Source: a virus | IMG/VR virus record: IMGVR_UViG_3300021964_007043 | Strand: one strand, 5' to 3' | DNA length: 64,000 nt | Part shown: positions 16,552 to 25,971 of the stretch, piece after piece | How positions within the stretch are numbered: position 1 is the stretch's first letter | Layout of the letters: each line of letters opens with the position of its first letter | Program-made: the position numbers and the translations under genes | The notes under the pieces: model-generated | The model's input: the letters and a program-made list of their open reading frames with translations, nothing else | Told to the model about the DNA's origin: nothing | Database searches by the model: none

Positions 16552-18320
16552 TCTACAATATCTATATCATTTGCGTAACTTGTAAATCCGTTTTCTTTAA
16601 CGACTTTAAGAACATGGTTAACTCTACCTACTAGTTCATCCTTGTGGCTGATCAAATAGATATTTTTATCACGTTCTCTTCCCATTTTCTTAAGAATGCC
16701 TAGTGAGTTTTCAACTCCAGCAGTGTCCATACCTGAATCAATCAACTCATCGATAAACAACAAGTTAATATTTTGGTATAGGCTTTCCCAAACATCACGG
16801 AATGCAAAACTTAGTCCGAGAATCAAGCGGTTGCGTTCACCTCTTGACAAGTTATCAAAGTCTAAGTCCTGTCCTAGTTGGGTAATTTCTACATTTAGAT
16901 CGTTTTGGAATACTACTTGGTGTGGTAAGCCTAGTTTATCAAGGTAATATGTGAGCCTGTTGTTCAAATATGCAAGATTCTGATCAATAATCTTCTTACG
17001 AATGAAACTATCTTTGTTTGTTAGTAGTTTTAATAAAAACTCTTGGTGTTCTTTGAACGAAGTAAGCTCATTTACAGTATCCCATTTGATTTCTTGGATA
17101 GCTGTGTTGTTTAAATCGTCGATTTGTACTTGATAAGGGTCTTCTTCTTGCTGTTTACTTATCAATGTTTGCTTTAAGTTATCTACGTTGTTTCTATGTT
17201 CATATGCTTCTTTTGCTGTTTCATAAAAAGTACTAGGACGACCGTTGATATCGCCGATATCATCCAACCCGTTCATAACTTCTTCTAGTTTTCCAGCAAC
17301 TTCTGTTTGGTATGCCATAGCATCTGTAAGTTCTTTAGTTTTTCGTGCTTCGATTTCTGCTTTTTTGTCGTCATGTAGTGCTTGTCCGCATGTATAACAA
17401 GTAGCATCGTCAAGATTTGCGATGTCTTTTTCAGCCTTTTCTACACTTTTAGTAGCACGTAGTAATGCACTCTCTAATGTGCTTTTTTCTTTATTAAGAG
17501 CCAAAATAGCATTGTTCATTTCTGTCCAGTTTGACAGTTTTTCATGTAGTTCTAGTTCTACATCAATGTCTAGTTGCTCTAATTCTTGTATTTTTTGTTC
17601 TAGTTTATCAACGGTTGACTGTTGTGATGTACGCCAGGCACGTTGTCTACTTACTAGGCTTTCAATAGTTGATTCAATCTTGCTATTTGCAGTTTGTATC
17701 GCATCGATACGCATTGTTTCTTCTGTGATAGCATCTCTTGTTTGTTTAACCTGTTCTTTTAGTAGTTCAGCCTTTTCAGAAAGCAGTGTAATACCTAGCA
17801 ACTGTTCAATAATAGCACGTTGATCGTTTTGTCGCATGCTTAAGAAAGGTTCTGAGTAGGTGTTTAGTGCAACAATGTGCTTAAACATGTCATGACTCAT
17901 GCCTAATAGGTCATTAATGCTTTCTTGTGTCTTACGACTGTCGCCTTGCGACTCGTCTGTAAGTTCTTGCTCATGTTCATCGATAAAGAACTTGAGTACA
18001 TTAGGAGAGCGTCCACGCTCAATCCGATAATCTACTCCATCTTTTTCGAAATGTAGGGTGACCAACATCCCCTTACTATTAGTTTTGTTAATAAGGTTGT
18101 TGCGTTTGATGTTGGTCAGTGCTTGACCGTACAGTGCATAGGATAATGCGTTGATTATCGTAGTTTTGCCTGTACCGTTTCGTGATCCTTGGTCGTCACC
18201 TCCTTGGTCTAAGTTTTCGCCAAGCACTAAAGTGAGCTGTTCACGGTTAAAGTCAACAGCTTGAGTTTGGTTGCCCACACTCATAAAGTTTTTTACGGTT
18301 AAATCTTTGATTCTAATCAT
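16548..18320 (-). CDS. gp46: Recombination endonuclease ATPase subunit (gp46/Rad50/SbcC-like)
   Basis: Walker A NGTGKT, central coiled coil with CYTC hook, signature LSRGE, Walker B LFIDE. Confidence 0.95.
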   Translation of the reverse strand: MIRIKDLTVKNFMSVGNQTQAVDFNREQLTLVLGENLDQGGDDQGSRNGTGKTTIINALSYALYGQALTNIKRNNLINKTNSKGMLVTLHFEKDGVDYRIERGRSPNVLKFFIDEHEQELTDESQGDSRKTQESINDLLGMSHDMFKHIVALNTYSEPFLSMRQNDQRAIIEQLLGITLLSEKAELLKEQVKQTRDAITEETMRIDAIQTANSKIESTIESLVSRQRAWRTSQQSTVDKLEQKIQELEQLDIDVELELHEKLSNWTEMNNAILALNKEKSTLESALLRATKSVEKAEKDIANLDDATCYTCGQALHDDKKAEIEARKTKELTDAMAYQTEVAGKLEEVMNGLDDIGDINGRPSTFYETAKEAYEHRNNVDNLKQTLISKQQEEDPYQVQIDDLNNTAIQEIKWDTVNELTSFKEHQEFLLKLLTNKDSFIRKKIIDQNLAYLNNRLTYYLDKLGLPHQVVFQNDLNVEITQLGQDLDFDNLSRGERNRLILGLSFAFRDVWESLYQNINLLFIDELIDSGMDTAGVENSLGILKKMGRERDKNIYLISHKDELVGRVNHVLKVVKENGFTSYANDIDIVE

Positions 18321-19330
18321 TCTAAACCATTATAGATGTCTAGCAACATCTTCTTGTTAAAGTTTTCAGTGTCAAGTTCTGCGATTTCACTTGCTACAAT
18401 CTGATCGACACTTTCAAACTGTGCAATATCTAAGTCTGTTGAGATTTCTTCAATCTGTTTTTGCGGTATTAGTGTAATTTCTCTACAACCGTACTGACTT
18501 ATAAATGTTTCTTTAAGGAAGTTTGCTTCTTCGTAACTAACTGGCAAGTCAAGTGTAACACGAAGATACATTTTAGGCTTGATTATTTCGTCTGTACGGT
18601 CAAGAAGCTCTGAAAGTTTAACTGTTCTATATTTAGGACAGTTCCACCAGTTCAAGTATTCAGGATCTTTACCATTTTCTTTGTCAAGAATCATCATACC
18701 ACGGTCATCATCCCAAGCATCTGCATAGTTATGTGGGAAAGCGTTACCAATATAATGTATCTTGCCTTGCTTTTGACGTTTGTGGAAGTGTCCTGAGAAC
18801 ACATAGTCTTGGTGTTTAAAGTGTCCAGGTTTTAGATCACCGTGGTCCGGCATCTGCACCATAGCGTTCATGTAGAAACTTGGTAGTTCAAAGTGACCAA
18901 ACAGATACTTGGCTTTGATCTTTTCCATTTTCTTCCATTCGTCACCTACTAGCCACGGAACAAGCGCAACATCATCCTCTACAGTAATCTTATCCACTAC
19001 TGTAATACCTGGAATATGTCTTGCAAACTCAGTTGAACTTACATCACGTTTGTCTTTGTAGTACAAATCATGGTTACCAACAAACATCAAGCATTGTTCA
19101 AACGCTTGTCCGAGCTTTTCCATGCTCCTAATGGTTGCATCCATAGTTGTAAGGTTAAGACTGTTACGGTTGTGATGCCAATCACCGCAAAAAATAGCAG
19201 TTTCGCAGTTATTTTCTTTTGCTTGTTCGATAAACCAATCAATAAACTCTTCACAGTCGTCATTATGCACCCGACTGTTGCCTTTGAGGCCGAAATGGAT
19301 GTCTGTAAACACCGCGGCTTTTTTAAACAA
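18317..19330 (-). CDS. gp47: Recombination endonuclease nuclease subunit (gp47/Mre11/SbcD-like)
   Basis: Metallophosphoesterase motifs DIHFG, GDWHH, GNHD, SGHFH. Confidence 0.95.
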   Translation of the reverse strand: MFKKAAVFTDIHFGLKGNSRVHNDDCEEFIDWFIEQAKENNCETAIFCGDWHHNRNSLNLTTMDATIRSMEKLGQAFEQCLMFVGNHDLYYKDKRDVSSTEFARHIPGITVVDKITVEDDVALVPWLVGDEWKKMEKIKAKYLFGHFELPSFYMNAMVQMPDHGDLKPGHFKHQDYVFSGHFHKRQKQGKIHYIGNAFPHNYADAWDDDRGMMILDKENGKDPEYLNWWNCPKYRTVKLSELLDRTDEIIKPKMYLRVTLDLPVSYEEANFLKETFISQYGCREITLIPQKQIEEISTDLDIAQFESVDQIVASEIAELDTENFNKKMLLDIYNGLE

Positions 19331-19357
19331 AGAATATCCTCCATATATACTTGTTAA

Positions 19358-19386
19358 AGTATACTATGTAATTACACACTTGTCAA
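19358..19386 (-). promoter_or_regulatory. Sigma-70 promoter TTGACA-N17-TATACT for gp47/gp46
   Basis: Near-perfect consensus with a 17-bp spacer. Confidence 0.85.
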
Positions 19387-20232
19387 CTATTTTTTCTCAG
19401 AAAAGACTGAAGCACTTGCTTCTTCGTTTCTCTTAACACTTGCTTCCCATTCTCCTTGGTGCTGTCTAGTGTACGAAGGATTTAGATCATTCATTTCAAG
19501 AATATCGTCTCGAATGTTCTGATTACGCTTTTCAATATTAATAACACGAACAAAACTGTTAGTAACTGCGGCAGTATAATATGCAAATGGGTTTTGCGAT
19601 TTACTTTCGTCAAACTGTAAGCCGATTTGTGCTAACTGTAGTATTGCTTGTCCTCGCATTTCGTCATTATATGTATATCCACGCACATTGCCTCTAGTTG
19701 CATAGCGTTCGCATAGTTTGATCCACATTAATGCAAGATTGTCTGTTGCTTTTCCATGTTCTTTTGAAAAATGTCCGTTTTCCATGCCACCTTCCCAGTG
19801 ACTCTTGCCTACACATACAAGTTCTCCATCATCGTTAAACTTGTAATGTTGAAAGGGGGGAAAGTTTAGTTTAGTTTTAGTATCTGCTACTGTTTTTGGA
19901 TTCTTTTTACGTCCTGGTTCTTCTGGGATATGATCAAAAGTCATAATACGAAAGATTAGTTCTTCTTTAGTAATAGACTTATAGTTTACTTCGCATTCTG
20001 CTTGCTTAACTTTTTCTCCAGCCATGCGTCTTGACTCATAATCTTCCGTGCTAAGGCGTTTTGCTTTGTTTCTCTTTGCTTCTGCTATAGTTCTAATGTT
20101 GATTTTGTCAACACTTTCAAGAATAATGTCATAACTAGCGTAGTCCTTTTCTACATAGCTGTTAAATGTGTTTTTTGATTTGTGTATTTCAGATAAAATG
20201 TCTCGATTATTAAGATAATTTCTTTTTCTCAT
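19387..20232 (-). CDS. gp55: Late transcription sigma factor (gp55-like)
   Basis: Motifs RGYTYNDEMRGQAILQL, FDESKSQNPFAYYTAAVTNSFVRVINIEKR. Confidence 0.9.
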   Translation of the reverse strand: MRKRNYLNNRDILSEIHKSKNTFNSYVEKDYASYDIILESVDKINIRTIAEAKRNKAKRLSTEDYESRRMAGEKVKQAECEVNYKSITKEELIFRIMTFDHIPEEPGRKKNPKTVADTKTKLNFPPFQHYKFNDDGELVCVGKSHWEGGMENGHFSKEHGKATDNLALMWIKLCERYATRGNVRGYTYNDEMRGQAILQLAQIGLQFDESKSQNPFAYYTAAVTNSFVRVINIEKRNQNIRDDILEMNDLNPSYTRQHQGEWEASVKRNEEASASVFSEKK

Positions 20233-20254
20233 ATGTTGTTGGCTCCGGTTAATG

Positions 20255-20290
20255 TATTTATATTATAATATACGTAGTTAAGTTTGTCAA
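20255..20290 (-). promoter_or_regulatory. Perfect sigma-70 promoter TTGACA-N17-TATAAT plus an adjacent TATAAATA late promoter for gp55
   Basis: -35 at 20285-20290, -10 at 20262-20267, TATAAATA at 20255-20262. Confidence 0.85.
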
Positions 20291-20316
20291 CTAAATACTA
20301 TAGGAGATATTAAAAT

Positions 20317-21144
20317 ATGGCAACAAGACCATCATACCAAGGTTCTAATATAGACCAAACTGTAGATTACACAGACAATGCTGATGCTTATACTGGTGGT
20401 TGGCAACCGCCATCGACTGCTGGAATAAGTCCTAGAAACGTAGGTACAGCAAATAGAATGGCACAAAATGCTACAGCAGGTGTTGGAGCACAAGCAAGAC
20501 CGCAACGACCTACTTTGGTTCAAGCACAAGTAGGCGAGTCTGCTAGAGAATCTGAAGATACAGACTGGAGAGTAAGTTTAAGTGTTCCTAGCCAGCTACA
20601 AGAATCAAATGTTTTTGCTCCTTTTGCTGAACTTAATAAACTAGTATTTCCTTTTAACCCAACTATATTGTTAGGTAGTAGTGCAAACTATACTAGTGTG
20701 CAACCAACACATACTAATCATCCTTTTTATGCTTATGAAAACAGTCAAATTGATCAGATTACAATCACAGGAGAGTTTATACAAGAAAATGAAAGAGACG
20801 CAAAATATTGGATTGCAGTCCTTCATTACTTTAGAACTATGACTAAAATGTTTTATGGCGAAAGCGATCCATTAGGCAATCCGCCAATGGTTGTAAGACT
20901 CAATGGTTACGGAAAACATGTTTTAAACAATATTCCTGTGGTAATAACAAACTTTACAACAGACATGCCACAAGATGTTGACTATATTGAATGTAAAGTT
21001 AATAATGAAGTAAACTTTGTTCCGATACAATCAACATTTACAGTTACAGTACAGCCACAATATGCAAGACGTAGTCATTCAAGATTTAGTTTAAATGATT
21101 ATATCAACGGAACACATATTGGTTCAAGCGAAGGATTTGTATAA
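20317..21144 (+). CDS. Baseplate / tail-tube junction protein (gp48/gp54-like)
   Basis: FPFNPTI, ITITGEF, PPMVVRLNGYG.HVLNNIPVVITNF; TAAATA at 20292-20297. Confidence 0.65.
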   Translation: MATRPSYQGSNIDQTVDYTDNADAYTGGWQPPSTAGISPRNVGTANRMAQNATAGVGAQARPQRPTLVQAQVGESARESEDTDWRVSLSVPSQLQESNVFAPFAELNKLVFPFNPTILLGSSANYTSVQPTHTNHPFYAYENSQIDQITITGEFIQENERDAKYWIAVLHYFRTMTKMFYGESDPLGNPPMVVRLNGYGKHVLNNIPVVITNFTTDMPQDVDYIECKVNNEVNFVPIQSTFTVTVQPQYARRSHSRFSLNDYINGTHIGSSEGFV

Positions 21145-21440
21145 TGCCTAGAAGTTTAAGTCCTTACAGTCAAACAGCAATAACCGGCTCAGGATATTTA
21201 GATATATTAAAACCTATACCTATACCAATAGCAGGCGACGATGTACTATATGCTATAAAACCTGCATACAATCATAGACCAGATTTACTTGCTTATGATT
21301 TATACGGCTACAAAGATTTATGGTGGGTATTTTCTCAAAGAAATCCTGACATTTTAAAAGATCCTGTTTTTGATTTTATAACCGGAACAGAAATATACTT
21401 GCCACAAGGTAAAAATCTAAGAGAGAGGCTAAACTATTAA
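21144..21440 (+). CDS. Baseplate wedge subunit (gp53/LysM-like)
   Basis: HRPDLLAYDLYGYKDLWWVF motif. Confidence 0.75.
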   Translation: MPRSLSPYSQTAITGSGYLDILKPIPIPIAGDDVLYAIKPAYNHRPDLLAYDLYGYKDLWWVFSQRNPDILKDPVFDFITGTEIYLPQGKNLRERLNY

Positions 21441-24400
21441 TGGCATTTAGGTTTAACAACCCATTAAGACAAGTTGCTAATACACAAACCGCTATTAATA
21501 GGGGACTAGGCCAGTTTGGTCAAGTTTCTCAAGGCCTTGCACAGTTTAACGATATCCAAAAAAACATAGGTAGAATAAGCAGCAGTATAGGACAAATAAC
21601 AGGAAACACTGGATCATTACAAGGAACTATTAGTAATATTAGTTCGGCAGGAGATTTAGTTAATACTCTAAGTGGAAATAGTTCTATACAAAACACTTTT
21701 AGAAGTGTAAGTGCATTAACTAGAGATGCACAATCGCTTATGCCTGGAAACTCGAGAGTAGTAGGTCAAGCAGCAACTTTATCTAAAAAAGCTGAAGACT
21801 TTTTTGCAAATACACAAAGAAATGCACAAGGTATAAGAGGTATTACCGGCGGTATTAGCGATGTACTTAATGGTACACTAGATGTAGGAAACTTGTCTGG
21901 TAGGAGTTTAGGCCCATTAACTGGTGGACTAAACTTAAATCAACTTACAAATGGACTTCCTGGTATTACAGGAGCAAGCGGACTAACAAGAAATATTGCT
22001 TCAGGGTTACAGTCTAGTGTTTCTAGTTTAGGATCAGGACAATCTATTAGTTCTAGTGTTTCTAGAGCAGTTGATAATATTGTAAGTTCTGCTCCTGAAC
22101 TACAAAGTATAAAAAATAATCCAATATCTGTAGTTCCAAGGAGTGTTGCAGAGCTCACTAGTGCTATAGGCGAAAGATATGATGGTTTAAGAGAACTATA
22201 CAACGAAGCACTACAGCAAAGTGAGTTTGCTGACTATGCTACTAGACTAAGTGCTCCTATACCGCAAGCAAGTTTAGGACAGTTTGAAGATCTTCCACAA
22301 CAAGCATGGGCAGGAGTACGAACAGGAGCCGGAACATCATTCAGTAAAATAGCAAATCCTTTAAGAAACTATTCGAGTTTTAACTATATTATTACTCTTG
22401 GTATTTTAAGTGCAGAAGAATACAACAATCCTGACGTTTACAGAAACGGTGGAGGATTTAGAAACTATATTATTAAAGGAGGCGGCGGCAACTACAATAA
22501 AAGATATCGTGTTGATTCAGAGTTTAACAATGATAATCCTGGACACGCAGAATATTTTATTGACAACTTAGAAATGGATGCAGTTATTGCACCTAACCAA
22601 AACACAAATGTTTCTCTAGGAACAAGTTTAACTTTTTCAGTACAAGAACCTTACAGTATGGGTAACTTTATTGAAGCAATAATAGGAGCTTCAGCTGAGT
22701 CAGGATTTTCAAACTACCTTGATGCACCGTTTTGTATAAGAATAGATTTTGTTGGATGGGATGAGTATGGAAATAGACCTCAAGAAAGAGTAATGAATCC
22801 TATATTCATTCCTATTAAGTTTACTAAAATGGACTTTAATGTAGATGGTAAAGGATCTATATATGAAGTTAAAGCAATACCTATGAGTGAAACAGGATTA
22901 GGTGATGATATTAATGAAATAAAAACACCTATAAATGCCAATGGCGATGTTGTTAGTACTGTTTTAGAAACAGGCGCACGAAGTGTAACAAATATTATGA
23001 ACGCTAGAATAAGTGCATTAGAAGAAAGCGGAACAATAGCACCTTATGATAGGTATGTTGTAATATTTCCAAAATCGAGACAAGAACTTAAAGATTATCT
23101 AGCAAGAGATGTAATCAGTGAAGATGCACTAAGAATAGACATTGACGAAAGAATAAGCGATGCTATCGGTGGAAATCCCGAACTTGCAGGATCTCCGCCA
23201 CCGGCTTTGGCACGTGCAGAACAAACTCTTCGAAGAAGATACGAAGATACAAATAATAATATTGTTAGTGCAACAATATCAAGTGTAGGCAGAGCTTATG
23301 CTAAGTTAAAAACATTTGCAGAAGATGTTAATGCAATGAACGAAATAGGAACAAGTGTTTTGGTAGAAGATGTTGCTGAAGGCGGAAACCAAGCACATGG
23401 ATCTCAAGCAGGAACATATGATGATGCTATACTTAGGACTACTCGAAACTCTCCTGAACTTGCACCAGCAGAACGTTCTAGAGATTATCAGTTTGCGCAA
23501 GGTATGAAAATTACTGAAGTAGTAGAAAGACTGGTTGTTAGCAGTAAGTATTGTAGAGATAGAGCAACAGAACCTGCCGAAAACGGTATAAGACAATGGT
23601 TTAAAATAGACACATATACCTTTATAGAAGAAAATCCTGCTACAGAAGCACAACTAGGACGTCCTCCTAGAGTTTATGTTTATAGTATAATACCTTATGA
23701 AGCAGACGAAGCTAAGTTCAATGCTCCAAATGAAAGACCTGCAAATACAGAACAACTAAAAGCAGCCTCAGCAAAAGAATATAACTATATCTATACAGGA
23801 AAAAATGAAGATATTTTAAACTTTGATATTTCGTTTAACAATGCATTTATGCAAACAGCATTTGCAAACTTTGGACAAAATGCAGGAGGTGTAGCAGGAG
23901 GAACATCAACGTCATCAGTTGCAAGAGATGTATCATCTGGATCGTCTTTGTCACAAAACTCTGGCACTGGAGGTGTTAGCTCGGGAGGACAAGTTGCAGA
24001 AGTTACAAATCCTCAATCTGGCGGATTTGGTGATATGACAGGCAGCGGTGATATAAAACGCAGAATAGCCGAAACATTTCATGATAGAATTATTAACCAA
24101 ACTATTGATATGGTTACAGCAGAAATGGAAATATTTGGTGATCCCTTCTTTATGCCGCAAGAAATGGGCAACTTTGTTGCAAGAAATGGCGACTCTCCAA
24201 ATGCTACACAAGAAGGTACTATGAGATACCAAGAAAATGAAGTATTTTGTGTTGTAAATTTCAAAACCCCATTTGATTACCAAGTTGAAGGCGCAACAAT
24301 GGAGTTTCCTAAAGTAGTTCCTCAGTTTAGTGGATTGTTTAGTGTTTGGGCAGTAACAAATAAATTTTCCGGCGGCAAGTTTACACAAACTCTTAAAATG

Positions 24401-24850
24401 ATTAGACGTAGAGGACAAGATGATCCACCTACAGATAATAACAGAGGTCCTGTACAAGAAAATCCAGAAACAGATATTACAGGTGCACAAGGTTCGGGAG
24501 AATCAGTAACAGGTAATACCACTCCAAATGCAGGAGTAGGAAGCGGCACAGCACCAACTACACCAAATCCACATGCTACTGGAGGAACAACTGTAAATAC
24601 TGCACCAACAACAGCAACTAGCCCTGAAGGTGTAAGATATGCTAGTATGGATCAAGCATTAAGTTCAGCAAGAGCTTATCAACAAGCTAATCCGGGTTAC
24701 ACATATGCAGTAAGTCAAGGTTCGAACGGAGGATGGACAATAGGTCCTAGACCTGCTGCACAGCAACCGAGTACTGTTACTGCACCTGATTTATCAAATC
24801 AAGTTGGTAGCGTTCCGCAAGCAACACAACCAACTAGCCCAGCGTGTTAA
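21440..24850 (+). CDS. Baseplate hub-like protein (gp27-like) with low-complexity termini
   Basis: Position before gp5; AEMEIFGDPFF, FSGLFSVWAVTNKFSGGKFTQTLKMIR. Confidence 0.6.
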   Translation: MAFRFNNPLRQVANTQTAINRGLGQFGQVSQGLAQFNDIQKNIGRISSSIGQITGNTGSLQGTISNISSAGDLVNTLSGNSSIQNTFRSVSALTRDAQSLMPGNSRVVGQAATLSKKAEDFFANTQRNAQGIRGITGGISDVLNGTLDVGNLSGRSLGPLTGGLNLNQLTNGLPGITGASGLTRNIASGLQSSVSSLGSGQSISSSVSRAVDNIVSSAPELQSIKNNPISVVPRSVAELTSAIGERYDGLRELYNEALQQSEFADYATRLSAPIPQASLGQFEDLPQQAWAGVRTGAGTSFSKIANPLRNYSSFNYIITLGILSAEEYNNPDVYRNGGGFRNYIIKGGGGNYNKRYRVDSEFNNDNPGHAEYFIDNLEMDAVIAPNQNTNVSLGTSLTFSVQEPYSMGNFIEAIIGASAESGFSNYLDAPFCIRIDFVGWDEYGNRPQERVMNPIFIPIKFTKMDFNVDGKGSIYEVKAIPMSETGLGDDINEIKTPINANGDVVSTVLETGARSVTNIMNARISALEESGTIAPYDRYVVIFPKSRQELKDYLARDVISEDALRIDIDERISDAIGGNPELAGSPPPALARAEQTLRRRYEDTNNNIVSATISSVGRAYAKLKTFAEDVNAMNEIGTSVLVEDVAEGGNQAHGSQAGTYDDAILRTTRNSPELAPAERSRDYQFAQGMKITEVVERLVVSSKYCRDRATEPAENGIRQWFKIDTYTFIEENPATEAQLGRPPRVYVYSIIPYEADEAKFNAPNERPANTEQLKAASAKEYNYIYTGKNEDILNFDISFNNAFMQTAFANFGQNAGGVAGGTSTSSVARDVSSGSSLSQNSGTGGVSSGGQVAEVTNPQSGGFGDMTGSGDIKRRIAETFHDRIINQTIDMVTAEMEIFGDPFFMPQEMGNFVARNGDSPNATQEGTMRYQENEVFCVVNFKTPFDYQVEGATMEFPKVVPQFSGLFSVWAVTNKFSGGKFTQTLKMIRRRGQDDPPTDNNRGPVQENPETDITGAQGSGESVTGNTTPNAGVGSGTAPTTPNPHATGGTTVNTAPTTATSPEGVRYASMDQALSSARAYQQANPGYTYAVSQGSNGGWTIGPRPAAQQPSTVTAPDLSNQVGSVPQATQPTSPAC

Positions 24851-24859
24851 GGAAGAAAA

Positions 24860-25939
24860 ATGTCAAGAAATTTACCTTTAGATGCAAATGATGAAGATTT
24901 AATCCAAAGAGGACTTAGACGTCCAAGTTTAGACGATGTTTTATTACCAGTACAAAATACTTTTACAGCGGTAAGAGCACAATATGATAATGCTGCTGCT
25001 GGTTTAGTGAGTGTGGATAATATTTGGCCTATTAGACATGCTGAAGAACTTGCTAATCTCGATGCTGCGCAAAGAAGAGAATATCTAGAACAAAGAGGTT
25101 TAGTTCCTCCTATAGACAGTATTCCTTACGATCAAGTTTTATCTAATGTAGATGAAGTAGTATCAACTTTAGGTAATCCTACAGAAGCAATAGAAAGTTT
25201 AAACACAAGACTTGATGCAGCACTTAATCCTCCTAGAGATAGTTACGGACAGCCATTAACAGGACCAACAGTACAACCTACTCCTATAACTGCTCCTCCT
25301 CCAGGAGGATCTTATACTCCCCCGGGAACACAACCTACTACTGGAGGCACCGGTAGCGTTTATAACTATACTCCGATTGACTTATACGATGATAGATATG
25401 ATTTTAACACAGGACAAGTAGTACGTAAAGGGGTCGCTACAGGTGCAAAAGGCGGCGTAGGTCAAGAAGACAGACCTGGAAATACAGTATCTCCTCAAGG
25501 ACAAGCAGGAACTCAACAAGAACCTGTTAGTTTACCTCCTAATGTTACTCAAAATGATACAACACCAGGACAATATGATGATGCAATCTTAAGACAAGCA
25601 AGAGCTCAAGAATACAGTAGTCCTACGGTTAATAATGAAACTACAGCAAGAGTAGCTCAACAAGAAGATCAAACAGTAGACTATACAGATAATACAGAAG
25701 CAGATACAGGGAATTGGACACCACCTGCTAGAACAACAGAAACAGCACCTCCAGTACAGCGAGCTTCAAGAGCTGAAATACAAAACAGTAGAACACAGAC
25801 TAGCCAAGATATTAAAGAAGCAAGACGTAACGGAGTTGTACTATCTAGACAACGTAGACCAGACGGTACTTATTATGCAGCCCCGGCAAGCGATATTTCT
25901 AATAATAAAAACTTGCCGCAACGAATAAGAGATTTTTAA
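24860..25939 (+). CDS. P/T/Q-rich hypothetical protein (359 aa)
   Basis: ORF with phage-like codon use; shares short motifs with neighbouring baseplate proteins. Confidence 0.65.
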   Translation: MSRNLPLDANDEDLIQRGLRRPSLDDVLLPVQNTFTAVRAQYDNAAAGLVSVDNIWPIRHAEELANLDAAQRREYLEQRGLVPPIDSIPYDQVLSNVDEVVSTLGNPTEAIESLNTRLDAALNPPRDSYGQPLTGPTVQPTPITAPPPGGSYTPPGTQPTTGGTGSVYNYTPIDLYDDRYDFNTGQVVRKGVATGAKGGVGQEDRPGNTVSPQGQAGTQQEPVSLPPNVTQNDTTPGQYDDAILRQARAQEYSSPTVNNETTARVAQQEDQTVDYTDNTEADTGNWTPPARTTETAPPVQRASRAEIQNSRTQTSQDIKEARRNGVVLSRQRRPDGTYYAAPASDISNNKNLPQRIRDF

Positions 25940-25971
25940 TATATCTATAACTATTATAAACAGGATAAACA

